Origin: Candidatus Eiseniibacteriota bacterium | Lineage (GTDB): Bacteria; Eisenbacteria; RBG-16-71-46; CAVPCR01 | DNA length: 64,000 nt | Assembly: GCA_963823555.1 (NCBI GenBank) | Contig: CAWGMA010000002.1 | Location: 384,001-448,000 of the forward strand | Direction of reading: 5' to 3' | Shown here: positions 40,169 to 49,171 of the stretch, one piece after another | How positions within the stretch are numbered: the stretch's first letter is position 1 | How the letters are laid out: each line of letters starts with the position of its first letter | Made by a program: the position numbers and the translations under genes | The notes under the pieces: generated by a model | The model's input: only the letters and a program-made list of their open reading frames with translations | What the model was told of the DNA's origin: nothing | The model's database searches: none

Positions 40169-41053
40169 GGGAGGGGAGTCTACCATTGCGCGGGCGGTGC
40201 CGGGCGCCATCGCGGCGTGATTCGTGCTGGAGAGCACGACCCGGCCGACTCACGCCGCGCCCGTGACCGCAGACGCCACATACGTGAACCCCGTTGGCGA
40301 GGGTCCGACGGCTGACCCGCGAAACGCTGGCTCCCACACTGCCCATGGGAGCGGAGCCGATCCCCGAAGGGCGCGCCTCTTCCCTCGCGCTCCTGCGCTC
40401 CCGTGAGTTCACTCGTGAGGTCATCCACGAGCGCAGGATAACATCCTTCGCTGCAACACGTTCAGCCGCCAGGACGCGGCGCCGAGATTCGGTGGACCAA
40501 TATACCGCGTCGGGGCAAACACCCACCGGTGATCGACACCATCCTCCGCCACCTCCCCCGTGCCTCCCCAAGGGCCAGCCGTGGGCAGAGGTGCGCGGAC
40601 CGCGGTGCAGTGGTCGCGGCCACCCCGCGCCAACACCGACCGCAATGCGTGGCCGCCGTTCATGGCACGCGTCGGACTCGCTCCCGCCGGCCGCACACGC
40701 CGTTTCGCGCCCCGCTCCGCACCTCTTCCCGGGCTAGCGACGAAAGGACCTTCCCATTCCTGCACGTCCCGGAAGTCATTGCCAAGTCAGCCATTTGAGA
40801 CTTCTGTGAGGGTGGCTCTCTAGCCTGCCGGTCATTGGCGGGCGTGCGGCATGTTCCGCGCGAGACGGAGGATCACGGAGGAGGGTCGGTCTAGGCACCG
40901 GTCACCTCGATCTGCTGGCCTCCGAGCCATTGCGCGGCCCGAGGACGCTTGCGCGCCGCGCCTCTGGACGACGCTCGTGGCCTTCTGTCCGGTGAACATG
41001 CCGGGCAGCCAGCCGGAGCTACTGATCTCACCGATGCCACCCGGAGGTCTGTC

Positions 41054-41875
41054 ATGTCATCGCGACGTATCATCCGTGGAATATGCCGCATGGCGATTCC
41101 TGTGTTCGTTCTGACTTTGTTTCTGCTATCGGTTTCGGCAATGTCCGAGGCCCGTCCCGGTCCGGTGACGCCCCCCGTTTTCCCGCCCAATTCCCTTCCC
41201 TATGGTCACACTTACGACGAGTGGTCGAGCATTGGCTTCCAGTGCGAGTTCAGCACCGTGTGGGACCCGCTGGCGTGTAGTAGTGGGAGGATCGGAAACG
41301 TCGAACTACTGCAGAGCAACTTCGGAGGGCCGAGCACGTGGTCGTGCGAGGTGCCCCCAGGCACGGCTTTCCTGGTCAACGTGGTGAGCGGGTTCTTTCT
41401 CTGCCCGACGGATTGCGGTCCCGGCTTGCCGGCACCGAACGGCACGCCTGAGGAGATCCGGATGGCCGCGGAGGCCACCATCAACAGCCTACCGGACCTC
41501 GGGTACATCCTCGAATGCGAGATCGACGGTGTGCCGGTCGAGGATGTCTGGAGCTACCGTGCCCAGTCGCCGATCTTCTACGGCGAGATCGTGGCGGGAT
41601 GCGTTTTCAATGCGTTGCTTCCGGAGTTCTATCCCGCTGGGCCGTACGGTCCAGCGGCGGTCGACGGATTTTGGATCATGGTCAAGCCCCTGCGCCCAGG
41701 CGAGCATGTGATTCACTTCCGGGCCGTGATCGGCACTCTCCTTCCGGAACCGCTGTTCGAGACCGACGTCACGCATTACATCACGGTTCTGCCGCCTGGG
41801 CACGGCAAGGGCGGCGATGAGCCTCTTGCCGTCGAGCCAACCACCTGGGGCGCAATCAAGGCGGTGTACCACTAG
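41054..41875 (+). CDS. Secreted Cys-containing hypothetical protein with C-terminal AVEPTTWGAIKAVYH motif
   Basis: GGAGG RBS, signal peptide, AVDGFWIMVKPLRPGEHVIHF, terminal TTWGAIK motif. Confidence 0.8.
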   Translation: MSSRRIIRGICRMAIPVFVLTLFLLSVSAMSEARPGPVTPPVFPPNSLPYGHTYDEWSSIGFQCEFSTVWDPLACSSGRIGNVELLQSNFGGPSTWSCEVPPGTAFLVNVVSGFFLCPTDCGPGLPAPNGTPEEIRMAAEATINSLPDLGYILECEIDGVPVEDVWSYRAQSPIFYGEIVAGCVFNALLPEFYPAGPYGPAAVDGFWIMVKPLRPGEHVIHFRAVIGTLLPEPLFETDVTHYITVLPPGHGKGGDEPLAVEPTTWGAIKAVYH

Positions 41876-41887
41876 AGTCTGATCTCT

Positions 41888-41916
41888 CCAGCGGCGGCTC
41901 CCGAAGCCGCCGCTGG
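41888..41916. terminator. 12-bp stem-loop just after the 41054..41875 gene
   Basis: CCAGCGGCGGCT-cccga-AGCCGCCGCTGG, between convergent genes. Confidence 0.6.
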
Positions 41917-42028
41917 GGGCCGGCCCGAGGGATCTGGTGCGCGCTCTGCAGGCCAGCATTCGCCGAGGCAAGCAGATGCGCCGTAGCTGCCGCTCTGGCA
42001 GCGCAATCAACTCTTCGGACAGACGTCC

Positions 42029-43219
42029 CTAGTGCCACGAGTCCCCGGGCGCCGGGGCCATGTGTTCGGCCCCGGCCCGGGCTCCGCCTCCCCGGAACAT
42101 CGCCTCGATCGCCCCGAGCACGCGATCGACCTGCCCGCGGGGCATGCGGCCGTCCTCCGCCTGCGGCAGGCGCAAGAGGCGCCCGGCGGCGGCGCGCGCG
42201 ATGGCCTCGCCCAGCCGTTCCCCGGGACTCGTCCAGGGCAGGCGCGAGCTCGACGAGCGATCAGGAGCGGCCAGGAGCACGAGGAGCTGGATCGCCTCGC
42301 GCCGGTAGAGCGAGGCCGCGCTGCGGGCATCTCTGTAGGCAGGCGTATCGAAAGGATCGGCGTAACCGGGCGGAAACGGCTCCGGACAGCAGTCGCTGAG
42401 GAGCACGACGAGACTCTGCGCTCCCGGGTTCTTGAACCGTTCCAGCCGGGCCATGGCGAGCGTCTTCTTGAGCCCGTCGGCCAGGGGTGTCTCGCCCCGG
42501 AAGCGCAGCTGGGCCAGCTGGCGGGTGACGATGCGGTAGTTGTGCGTGGGGTGGTGCAGCACGGTGGCCTGGCGTCCCTGCAGGGAAACCAACCCCATGC
42601 GATCACGGTTGCGATGGAAGTGGCCTGCCAGCGAGCGCAGGAGCTCGGCGAATACTCGCAGGTGGCCGATGGTCGAGCGGCTCACGTCGACGAGGAGGAT
42701 CAGGGTCAAGCTCTCGCGTTCGGCCTTCGCCCAGCCGAGAAGGTCATCGCGATGCACGAAGGGCCGGTCCCGGCGCCAGCGGCGTCCGGATCGAAACGCC
42801 TCGAGCACTGTGGACAGGGAAGCCAGCAAGTTCTTCGCGGGCTGATAGGGAACGAGCCGGATGTTGCGGCCGGCGTAGGGATTCTCGATGGCCTGCCGCC
42901 GCCGGCTTCTCCGCGATCCGCGCGGGGTGCGGCGGAACCTCCGGAGCAAGCTACGGAAGAGTCGCCGGTAGCTGCTGCCCAGCATCGAGGGAGGCGCGGC
43001 GAAGATGCTGAACGGCGCCAGTTCTTCCTCGGGTGCGATCCACGCGACGTGTCGCCGGTCGGGCGTGGGACCATTGCGGGCGCCGCCCGGACCGACGATC
43101 CTGGGCAAACACTGCCGCAGGGCGCCGAGCCGCCGCAAAATACCGAGCCGCCGCAAGAACCGGCGGATCCCGCTCTCGCGCGGCGCGGGTCTGGGGCTGC
43201 CCGCGCACAGCGTCAGGCT
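42029..43219 (-). CDS. vWA (ChlD/BchD C-terminal-like) coding region, probably reached by a -1 frameshift from the upstream AAA+ frame
   Basis: MIDAS DVSRS, GETPLADGL, VLLSD. No ATG or RBS ahead of the domain; the frame is open back to the A7 run at 43219-43225. Confidence 0.8.
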   Translation of the reverse strand, partial: SLTLCAGSPRPAPRESGIRRFLRRLGILRRLGALRQCLPRIVGPGGARNGPTPDRRHVAWIAPEEELAPFSIFAAPPSMLGSSYRRLFRSLLRRFRRTPRGSRRSRRRQAIENPYAGRNIRLVPYQPAKNLLASLSTVLEAFRSGRRWRRDRPFVHRDDLLGWAKAERESLTLILLVDVSRSTIGHLRVFAELLRSLAGHFHRNRDRMGLVSLQGRQATVLHHPTHNYRIVTRQLAQLRFRGETPLADGLKKTLAMARLERFKNPGAQSLVVLLSDCCPEPFPPGYADPFDTPAYRDARSAASLYRREAIQLLVLLAAPDRSSSSRLPWTSPGERLGEAIARAAAGRLLRLPQAEDGRMPRGQVDRVLGAIEAMFRGGGARAGAEHMAPAPGDSWH

Positions 43220-44322
43220 TTTTTTGTCGCGCTGCCGCCGATCCCCGCCGTGGGACCGACCGTCGCTGTGCGGTCCCCCGGTTTCGGCCGGCCGGGCAGC
43301 CCGCTCAGCGCGCGTCCGAAGTGCTCGCGGATCTCGTCCCGGGTTGGCGGTTCGAGGAGACCGCCGTCACGCGTGCGATGGCCGAGGGCGGCCTCCGCCG
43401 CGATGGCCACGTCCCCAGCGGTGATCCGCGGCTGTCCGGCGAGCGCGGCCACCGCGCGCGCCGTCTTCATGATCACGATGTCCGGACGCTGTCCGTCCAC
43501 CTTCAGCTCGGCGCAGGCCGTCGAGATGCCCAGGAGGAGAGCATCCTCGATCTCGATCTCGGCGAGGCGCCGGCGCGCCTCGAGGATTTGCTGGCGCAGC
43601 GCCCCGGTCTCGTCGGCGAAGCGCTGCTGGAACGCCTCCGGCGCACGCTCGAACTCGAGGTTTCGCCGGACGATCTCCGCTCGCTGTGCCGGGTCACGGA
43701 TCGTCTCGACCTTCACGGAGAGGGGAAACCGGTCGAGAATCTGCGGGCGCAGGTCGCCTTCCTCCGGGTTCATCGTGCCGACCAGCACGAACTCGGCGGG
43801 ATGCGACACGGAGACGCCTTCCCGCTCGATCCGGCCCCAGTGGCTGGCCGCCGCGTCGAGGATATCGTCGACGAGGTGGTCGGGAAGCAGGTTGACCTCG
43901 TCGACGTAGAGGAGGTTGCGGTTGGCCTCGCCGAGGACCCCGGGCTGGACATGCCGCTTCCCCTGCTCGAGGAGCACCTCGATATCCAGGCTGCCGATCA
44001 GGCGGTCCTCGGTGCAGCTCAGCGGAAGGGTGATGATCCGCATTCGCTCGACGATGGTCGGGAGCTCCGCCCGCTCGCAGCAGAGGGAGCAGATCCGGTC
44101 CGCTTGCCCGGGATCGCAGTGGAATGGACAGCCGGTCACGGCGGTGTATTCGGGCAGGATCCCGGCGAGCGAGTGCACGATCATGCTCTTGCCGGTTCCC
44201 TTGGCGCCGCTCAAGAGCAGGCCGCCGATGCGCGGGTCCACGATATTGGCCAGATAGACGGTCTTGAGCAGGTCCTGGCCGACGACGGCGGCGAAGGGGT
44301 AGTGACGGCTCTTCTCGCGCAT
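43213..44322 (-). CDS. Mg/Co-chelatase subunit I-like AAA+ ATPase (N-terminal frame of a frameshifted chlD-like gene)
   Basis: YPFAAVVGQ, GAKGTGKS, TEDRLIGSLD, LYVDEVNLL, GTMNPEEGDLRPQILDRF; RBS GGAGGAGG; ends T-K-K-A-stop. Confidence 0.92.
   Translation of the reverse strand: MREKSRHYPFAAVVGQDLLKTVYLANIVDPRIGGLLLSGAKGTGKSMIVHSLAGILPEYTAVTGCPFHCDPGQADRICSLCCERAELPTIVERMRIITLPLSCTEDRLIGSLDIEVLLEQGKRHVQPGVLGEANRNLLYVDEVNLLPDHLVDDILDAAASHWGRIEREGVSVSHPAEFVLVGTMNPEEGDLRPQILDRFPLSVKVETIRDPAQRAEIVRRNLEFERAPEAFQQRFADETGALRQQILEARRRLAEIEIEDALLLGISTACAELKVDGQRPDIVIMKTARAVAALAGQPRITAGDVAIAAEAALGHRTRDGGLLEPPTRDEIREHFGRALSGLPGRPKPGDRTATVGPTAGIGGSATKKA
43219..43225 (-). promoter_or_regulatory. Candidate -1 frameshift slippery heptamer A_AAA_AAA
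   Basis: ACA AAA AAA GCC TGA in frame 0; -1 slippage gives AAA AGC CTG ACG..., which continues into the vWA frame. GC-rich hairpins lie 7-12 nt downstream. Confidence 0.75.
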
Positions 44323-44368
44323 GGGCCCTCCTCCGACGACCTCGATACCGGCAGCCTCGAGGCCTAGT

Positions 44369-45417
44369 CTAGAGCGTCGCCATCTCCACGTTGTCGAAGT
44401 TGCGCCGGTAGAAGGACATGTACTGCACCTTGCGCTCGAGGGCCTGGATGACGGCATGCGTGAAGTTGACGCCCGTGAACTTCTGCGCGCTGCCCAGGCC
44501 GCCCGGGCTGAAGACGTTGATCTCCATCAGCTTGTCGCCGACGATGTCCAGGCCGACGAGGAACATGCCGTCCTGCACGAGCTTCGGCCGGACGATCTCG
44601 GCGATGCGCAGCGCCGTGGCGTCGATCTCGGCCTCGCGGAGCTTGCCCGCCGGCGTGGATGTTCGAGCGCATGTCGCCGCCCGTGCGCACGCGGCGGAAC
44701 GCGGCGTACTTGCCCTTGTAGCGCAGCGGCTGGCCGTTCATCAGAAACAGACGCATGTCGCCCTCGGCGGCGGCGGGCAGGTACTCCTGGGCGATGACGT
44801 AGCCGTCGCGGCTGACGGCATCGATCATCTGATTCAGGTTCGGCACGTCTTCCGGCCGCACCAGGAAGACGCTCTGGCCGCCCGAGCCCTGCAGCGGCTT
44901 GAGCACGATGGTGCCGCCCTGCTCCTTGGCGAACGCCTTGATCTCGTCGCGGTCGCGCGTGATCAGCGTCTTCGGCCGCACCTCTTCCGGGAAGAGCTGG
45001 AAGTACATCTTGCTCATCGCCCGCGCCAGGCCGTTCGGATCGTTCAGCACGATCACGCCGTGGCGCATGGCCACGCGGCCGAACTGCGTGCCCGCGGTCG
45101 ACGGCCCAGGGCCTGTAGATGACGTCCGTGGCCGGGTCGTTCCGCAGCAGCAGGACGTCCAGCTCGTCGACGGTGATGCGCTCGACGATCGCGTTCTTGC
45201 CTTGCAGGTCCCGCAGGTAGCCCTCCGAGGTCGTGTACTTCTTCTTGGGCACGCTGCGCGCCCGGGCGCGGATGGTGTCGTCCGGATCGTAGGCCAGATC
45301 GCCCACGCCCATGACCCAGACTTCGTGGCCCAGGTTGACCGCCGCCACGCCCAGCCGACTGGTCGTGTAGCCGGTCTCTTCGGTCTTGATGTCGTTGACG
45401 ACGAATCCGATCTTCAT
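44369..45417 (-). CDS. Glutathione synthetase (GshB)-like ATP-grasp ligase, two apparent frameshifts (~45100, ~44650)
   Basis: MKIGFVVND, LDVLLLRNDP, VLKPLQGSGGQSVF, IAQEYLP, GDMR, RSNIHAGG, VGLDIVGDKLMEINVFSPGG, spread over three frames. Confidence 0.82.
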
Positions 45418-47351
45418 CGGTGCCTCCCATCGATAAGGTCGAGTGACCGTCACTCCCTTGCGCAGCTCCTGCAGCCTCGACAGCGCTTCGGGCATCTCCA
45501 TGTAGCGCGGCGCGAGCGGCGGCTCGCGCAGCACCTTGCGCCACTGGAGCTCGCGGACGATCGGAACGTGATCGGCGGCGATCTTGCCGACCAACAGCGG
45601 CTCGAGCTCACCATCGGTGCCCAGGTACTCCAGCATCTGGCACAAGCCCGCGCAAGTAGACCGCATCCTTGGTCAGCCCCCCACCGCGGTAGATCCGCAT
45701 CGCGATGGTGAAGGCGGTGCGGCGATCGAAGCCATACAGGCCGTCCAGCTCGCGGAACGTGTCCACGAAGGTGGCGCCGTCGATCATGTGCCGCGTCGCA
45801 AGGACGCGCGCGGCCAGCAGGCGCAACCGCGGCCGGCTCAGGCCGCCCACCAGGTACTCGGCCAGCACGGCGAGGCCTTCCTGAAAGGCCTCGTATCCGG
45901 CCAGGCCCGAATAGAGCTGTCGAAACGGCTGGGCCCGTCCGTTGTAGTAGGTCAGGACGTGCGTTCCGACCTCGTGCTGCAGCAGCGGCTTCCACTCGCG
46001 ACACCGGAATCCGCGTGTGCTTGCCGATCAACAGCGAGCCGCGCGAGACCATCAGGCCGCTGGCGATGTCCTCGCGCACCTGCACGCCGGCATCGACCTC
46101 CGGCCAGCGCTCCCGGTAGTACGCGATCTCCTCCTCGGCCCGCTCGGCGAACGCCTCCGCATCGAGGTGCCCGCTCCTGGAATCCTCGCGCGTGCGCGGC
46201 GGCAGGCGGTACAGGAGCTGATCGGCCAGACGCTTCAGATCGTCTTCCACGCCGCCGTAACAGCTGCAGGCTGCCGTGCACGAAACGCGGCGTGTTGACG
46301 TCGATCAGCATGGTGATCTGCCGATCGAGCTCGTCCTGCTTCTGCCGCAGCAGCAGGGACAACGCCGGATCCTCGACCCGCTCGATCGGCGTGCTGTACA
46401 GGCGGCGCTTGAGAACGACGGGATCCGCGGGAAGCGGCCGGTACTGAAACACCGGCGCCACTTCGAACCGACTTCTCTCGAACTCGCGCCAGGCCTGCTC
46501 GGCGTTGGCCGGCGTCACCTGAAGCAGGAAGTCGAAGCTGTCCGATACCTCCGCCAGTTGCCGGTCGACCTCCCACACGGCCTTGACCATCGCTCGCCGA
46601 CCCAGCACCTGGTAGTGCTTGGGCCGGTGCGTCGTCTGCGTGCGCGTGAACTCGAAGAAGGTCTGCCGCAGGGCCTGGCTCAGGCCGCGCCGCAGCTCGC
46701 GCAGGACCAACGGGTAGAGCTCGCCTCCTGGCGCCCCGGTACACGGGGCGCACCTCCAGGCCCAGCATCGGCAGCCCAGCTCGACGCGCCGCATCGGCCG
46801 GCAGGATCGGCGAGTACTGCCGCGGACAGCATCGCGTCGTTCGGCGGACCTGGGTCTCCGGCCGGGTGCCTGCGCAGCGTGATCCGCGACAGCGCATCAT
46901 CGAACGTGCCGACGAGCGGCACCGACATCGCTCGTCCTTCGGGGCGACGATCTCGGAAGCTCGGCTTCAGGATGTCGTCGGCGATCGTCGGGCATCGCCT
47001 TGCCGCCGCTTCGCCCGACCAGAGCTCCAGAATCAGAAAGGCGCCGAACTGTTCCGCCGATGCGTTCGGCGATCGCCCTGCACCAGCGCCGTCAGGCCGG
47101 CTTGCAGGCTGCCGGCGCCGGAGGCAATCAGGTAGGCGGCCTCACTGGTCACCAGCCGCTCGGTGCCCGCGTCGTCGCCGCGGACCGGCCGGCGATACAC
47201 GCACAGGAAGGGCAGCTGGCGGTCGATGTGCACGCGGCCCCAGACCGGCAAGTTGCGCCGGACCCGCTTGTTCTCCTCGAGGCGCTCGCACACCGTGCGG
47301 ATGAACCGCTCGGTGATCGCCTGCGGTCTGGACGTCTCTGCCGGTCTTCAT
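45414..47351 (-). CDS. QEGLA-motif / DUF1704 (MATCAP-like) metallocarboxypeptidase, many apparent frameshifts
   Basis: Reassembled by hand: GRVHIDRQLPFLCVYR, LLQHEVGTHVLTYYNG (HExxxH), FQEGLAVLAEY, RIYRGGGLTKDAVYLRGL. ATGA overlaps with both neighbours. Confidence 0.8.
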
Positions 47352-48142
47352 GAGTGCTCGCAGCTGCTCCAGCACGCCGGGCGTCGTGCTGCGCAGTGCG
47401 TCGCCGATCGCCCGGACGAGGTCGCGGTCTGGCTTCGCCGGTCCACTCGTCCATGAAGAACTTCTTGAACTCGATCGCCAGCGCACACCCGGTCTGCGGG
47501 AAACGTCTCGTGCACCCAGCGCGAGAAGTGCCCGCCGCGGAACTTGACGTTCTCGCGCACGTCGAGCCGGCCGCCCGGGAAGTCGTAGGCCCGCAGGTCG
47601 GCGATGAAGCGGTCCACGACCGGCGCCCAGCGCGCGCGGTCCATCGTGCCGGTGCCGACGTTGACCTGCGGGTTCTCGGCCTCGTCGGCCGGCGGGCGCA
47701 TCCGGGGCCGTCGCGCCGATGGTTGTAGCTGTGCAGGTCGAAGACGACGAAGCGGCCGCACTCCCGCTCGACCTCGCGTCGAGCAGGTCTCGCATGGCCT
47801 GCGTAGAAGGCGTCGTACTCGGCCAGCGACTCGGCGATCACGCGTCCTCCGGCAGCGCGCTCTTCCAGACCTCCAGCCCCCAGGCGTCCTCCGGCCGGCG
47901 ATAGACCGCCGTTCTCACGCGGCCGGTTGAGATCGACCTCGAACCGCGAGCGCAGGACCACGACTCGGGTCGGGGCGATCTGCGTCCACGCATCGGTGAA
48001 CGGATCCTCCTCCCGCAGCCGGCTGGCCTCGTCCAGGGCCAGGTTGCCCGGCCACCTCGTCCCGAACCGCGTGGCCGGCGTGGATGGCCACGGCCACGAG
48101 CGGTCCCTCGCCGCTCACGAGCTGCCAGACCGGTCCATTCAT
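47348..48142 (-). CDS. N-formylglutamate amidohydrolase family protein, many apparent frameshifts
   Basis: Reassembled: VAIHAGH, REEDPFTD, SRFEVDLNRPRE, FDLHSYNHRR, NVGTG, ENVKFRGG, ALAIEFKKFFMDEWTG. Confidence 0.82.
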
Positions 48143-48337
48143 TGTGGCCCTTTCTTCGATAGCGACACAGAGTTCCAGCCTATCACACGCTGGTGCCGGA
48201 CTGATGCTGGCCACCGGCGGTCGCCGGTGAGAGCGAGCGCAATGATTCCGTCGCAGGCGCAGTTCTCCGTGCGCGCCACGCGAGGCCTTTGCCGCGCCAT
48301 GCTCGGGGCCGTCGTCAAGCGCGGATTGTTCGACTAG

Positions 48338-48565
48338 GTGGCCCTGGCGGTCCTCGGCGTGCCCGACGTGAAGGTCGATCGCAGCGTCAACATCGTCAAG
48401 GGCGCGCGCATGACCGCCGCCGATGCGGGCGGCCGTGTACGGCCGCTGCGCACCGAGAGCCTCAACGGCATGGCCGTGACCGAGGGCGCTCAGGTCGTCG
48501 GCGTCGCGCTCGCGGCGTCGTCGCCTGGCGCGGACACCATCCCGGTCTTCGTGACCCTGAAATGA
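48338..48565 (+). pseudogene. Probable 3' remnant of a larger gene
   Basis: Coding-like frame (VLGVPDVKVD...GAQVVGVALA...IPVFVTLK) starting directly after a TAG with no RBS; its stop is followed by the next gene's RBS. Confidence 0.4.
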
Positions 48566-48576
48566 AAGGAGCCGAC

Positions 48577-48859
48577 ATGTTGAAGCACCGCGGATATTCC
48601 CGGCACGGATCACTGCCGGCTCTTTGCCTGCTCGGCGTCCTGCTCCTGGCCGCCAAAGAGCGGGCATGTCCGTCTCTCGGTCTACGACGTGCGGGGCACG
48701 CTGGTCCGGACGCTGGTCGAGGCGACGATGCCCGCCGGTCACCACGTCAGCACGTGGGATGGGACCAATCATGCGGGAGCGTCGGTGGCGGGCGGTACCT
48801 TCTTCGTGATCGACGCGGTTGGACATCATGAGCAGCAGAAGGGGGTGCTGCTGAAGTAG
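48577..48859 (+). pseudogene. Internally deleted secreted-protein gene: signal peptide joined out of frame to a partial FlgD-Ig domain
   Basis: AAAGGAG RBS and MLKHRGYSRHGSLPALCLLGVLLLA, then in another frame PKSGHVRLSVYDVRGTLVRTLV...STWDGTNHAG...VLLK-stop. Confidence 0.7.
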
Positions 48860-48935
48860 CAATGCAGGTGCCGATCGAAGGGCTCGCGGCGCGGATCGTC
48901 TTCGCGGCGGGAAGGGACCAGGTGAGCCGACCGGT

Positions 48936-48969
48936 CAGACGAAGGCCCCCGCAAGGGGGCCTTCGTCTG
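48936..48969. terminator. Perfect 15-bp stem with GCAA tetraloop
   Basis: CAGACGAAGGCCCCC-GCAA-GGGGGCCTTCGTCTG, between convergent units. Confidence 0.7.
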
Positions 48970-48995
48970 CCTCGGGATCGCCCGATGGCGGTGCG

Positions 48996-49160
48996 TCACT
49001 CCGCGCCCGGCACGCCCGCTTCCGCCGGTGCGGGCGGATTGTCGGAGTTCCAGGTGTCGCGGATGTACCCCCACTTACCGTCCCGCTTCTCGAAGACTCC
49101 GATGTACTTGCCGGTGTCCACCGTCACCCCGGAAGCGTCGATGAGATCGAGAAGACTCCG
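48996..49160 (-). pseudogene. 3' remnant of an NTF2/SnoaL-like (DUF4440-type) gene
   Basis: DASGVTVDTGKYIGVFEKRDGKWGYIRDTWNSD matches the C-terminal pattern of this family; there is no 5' half. Confidence 0.6.
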
Positions 49161-49171
49161 GGCGCCTGGCC

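Noticed and set aside
42029..44322. Photosynthesis or cobalamin synthesis implied by the chlI/chlD-like gene
   Set aside because: No chlH/cobN or other tetrapyrrole genes are in the window, and this family is widespread in non-phototrophs.
44369..48142. Programmed recoding as the cause of the many frameshifts
   Set aside because: Too many sites, no shared slippery motif, and an insertion pattern that fits read error.
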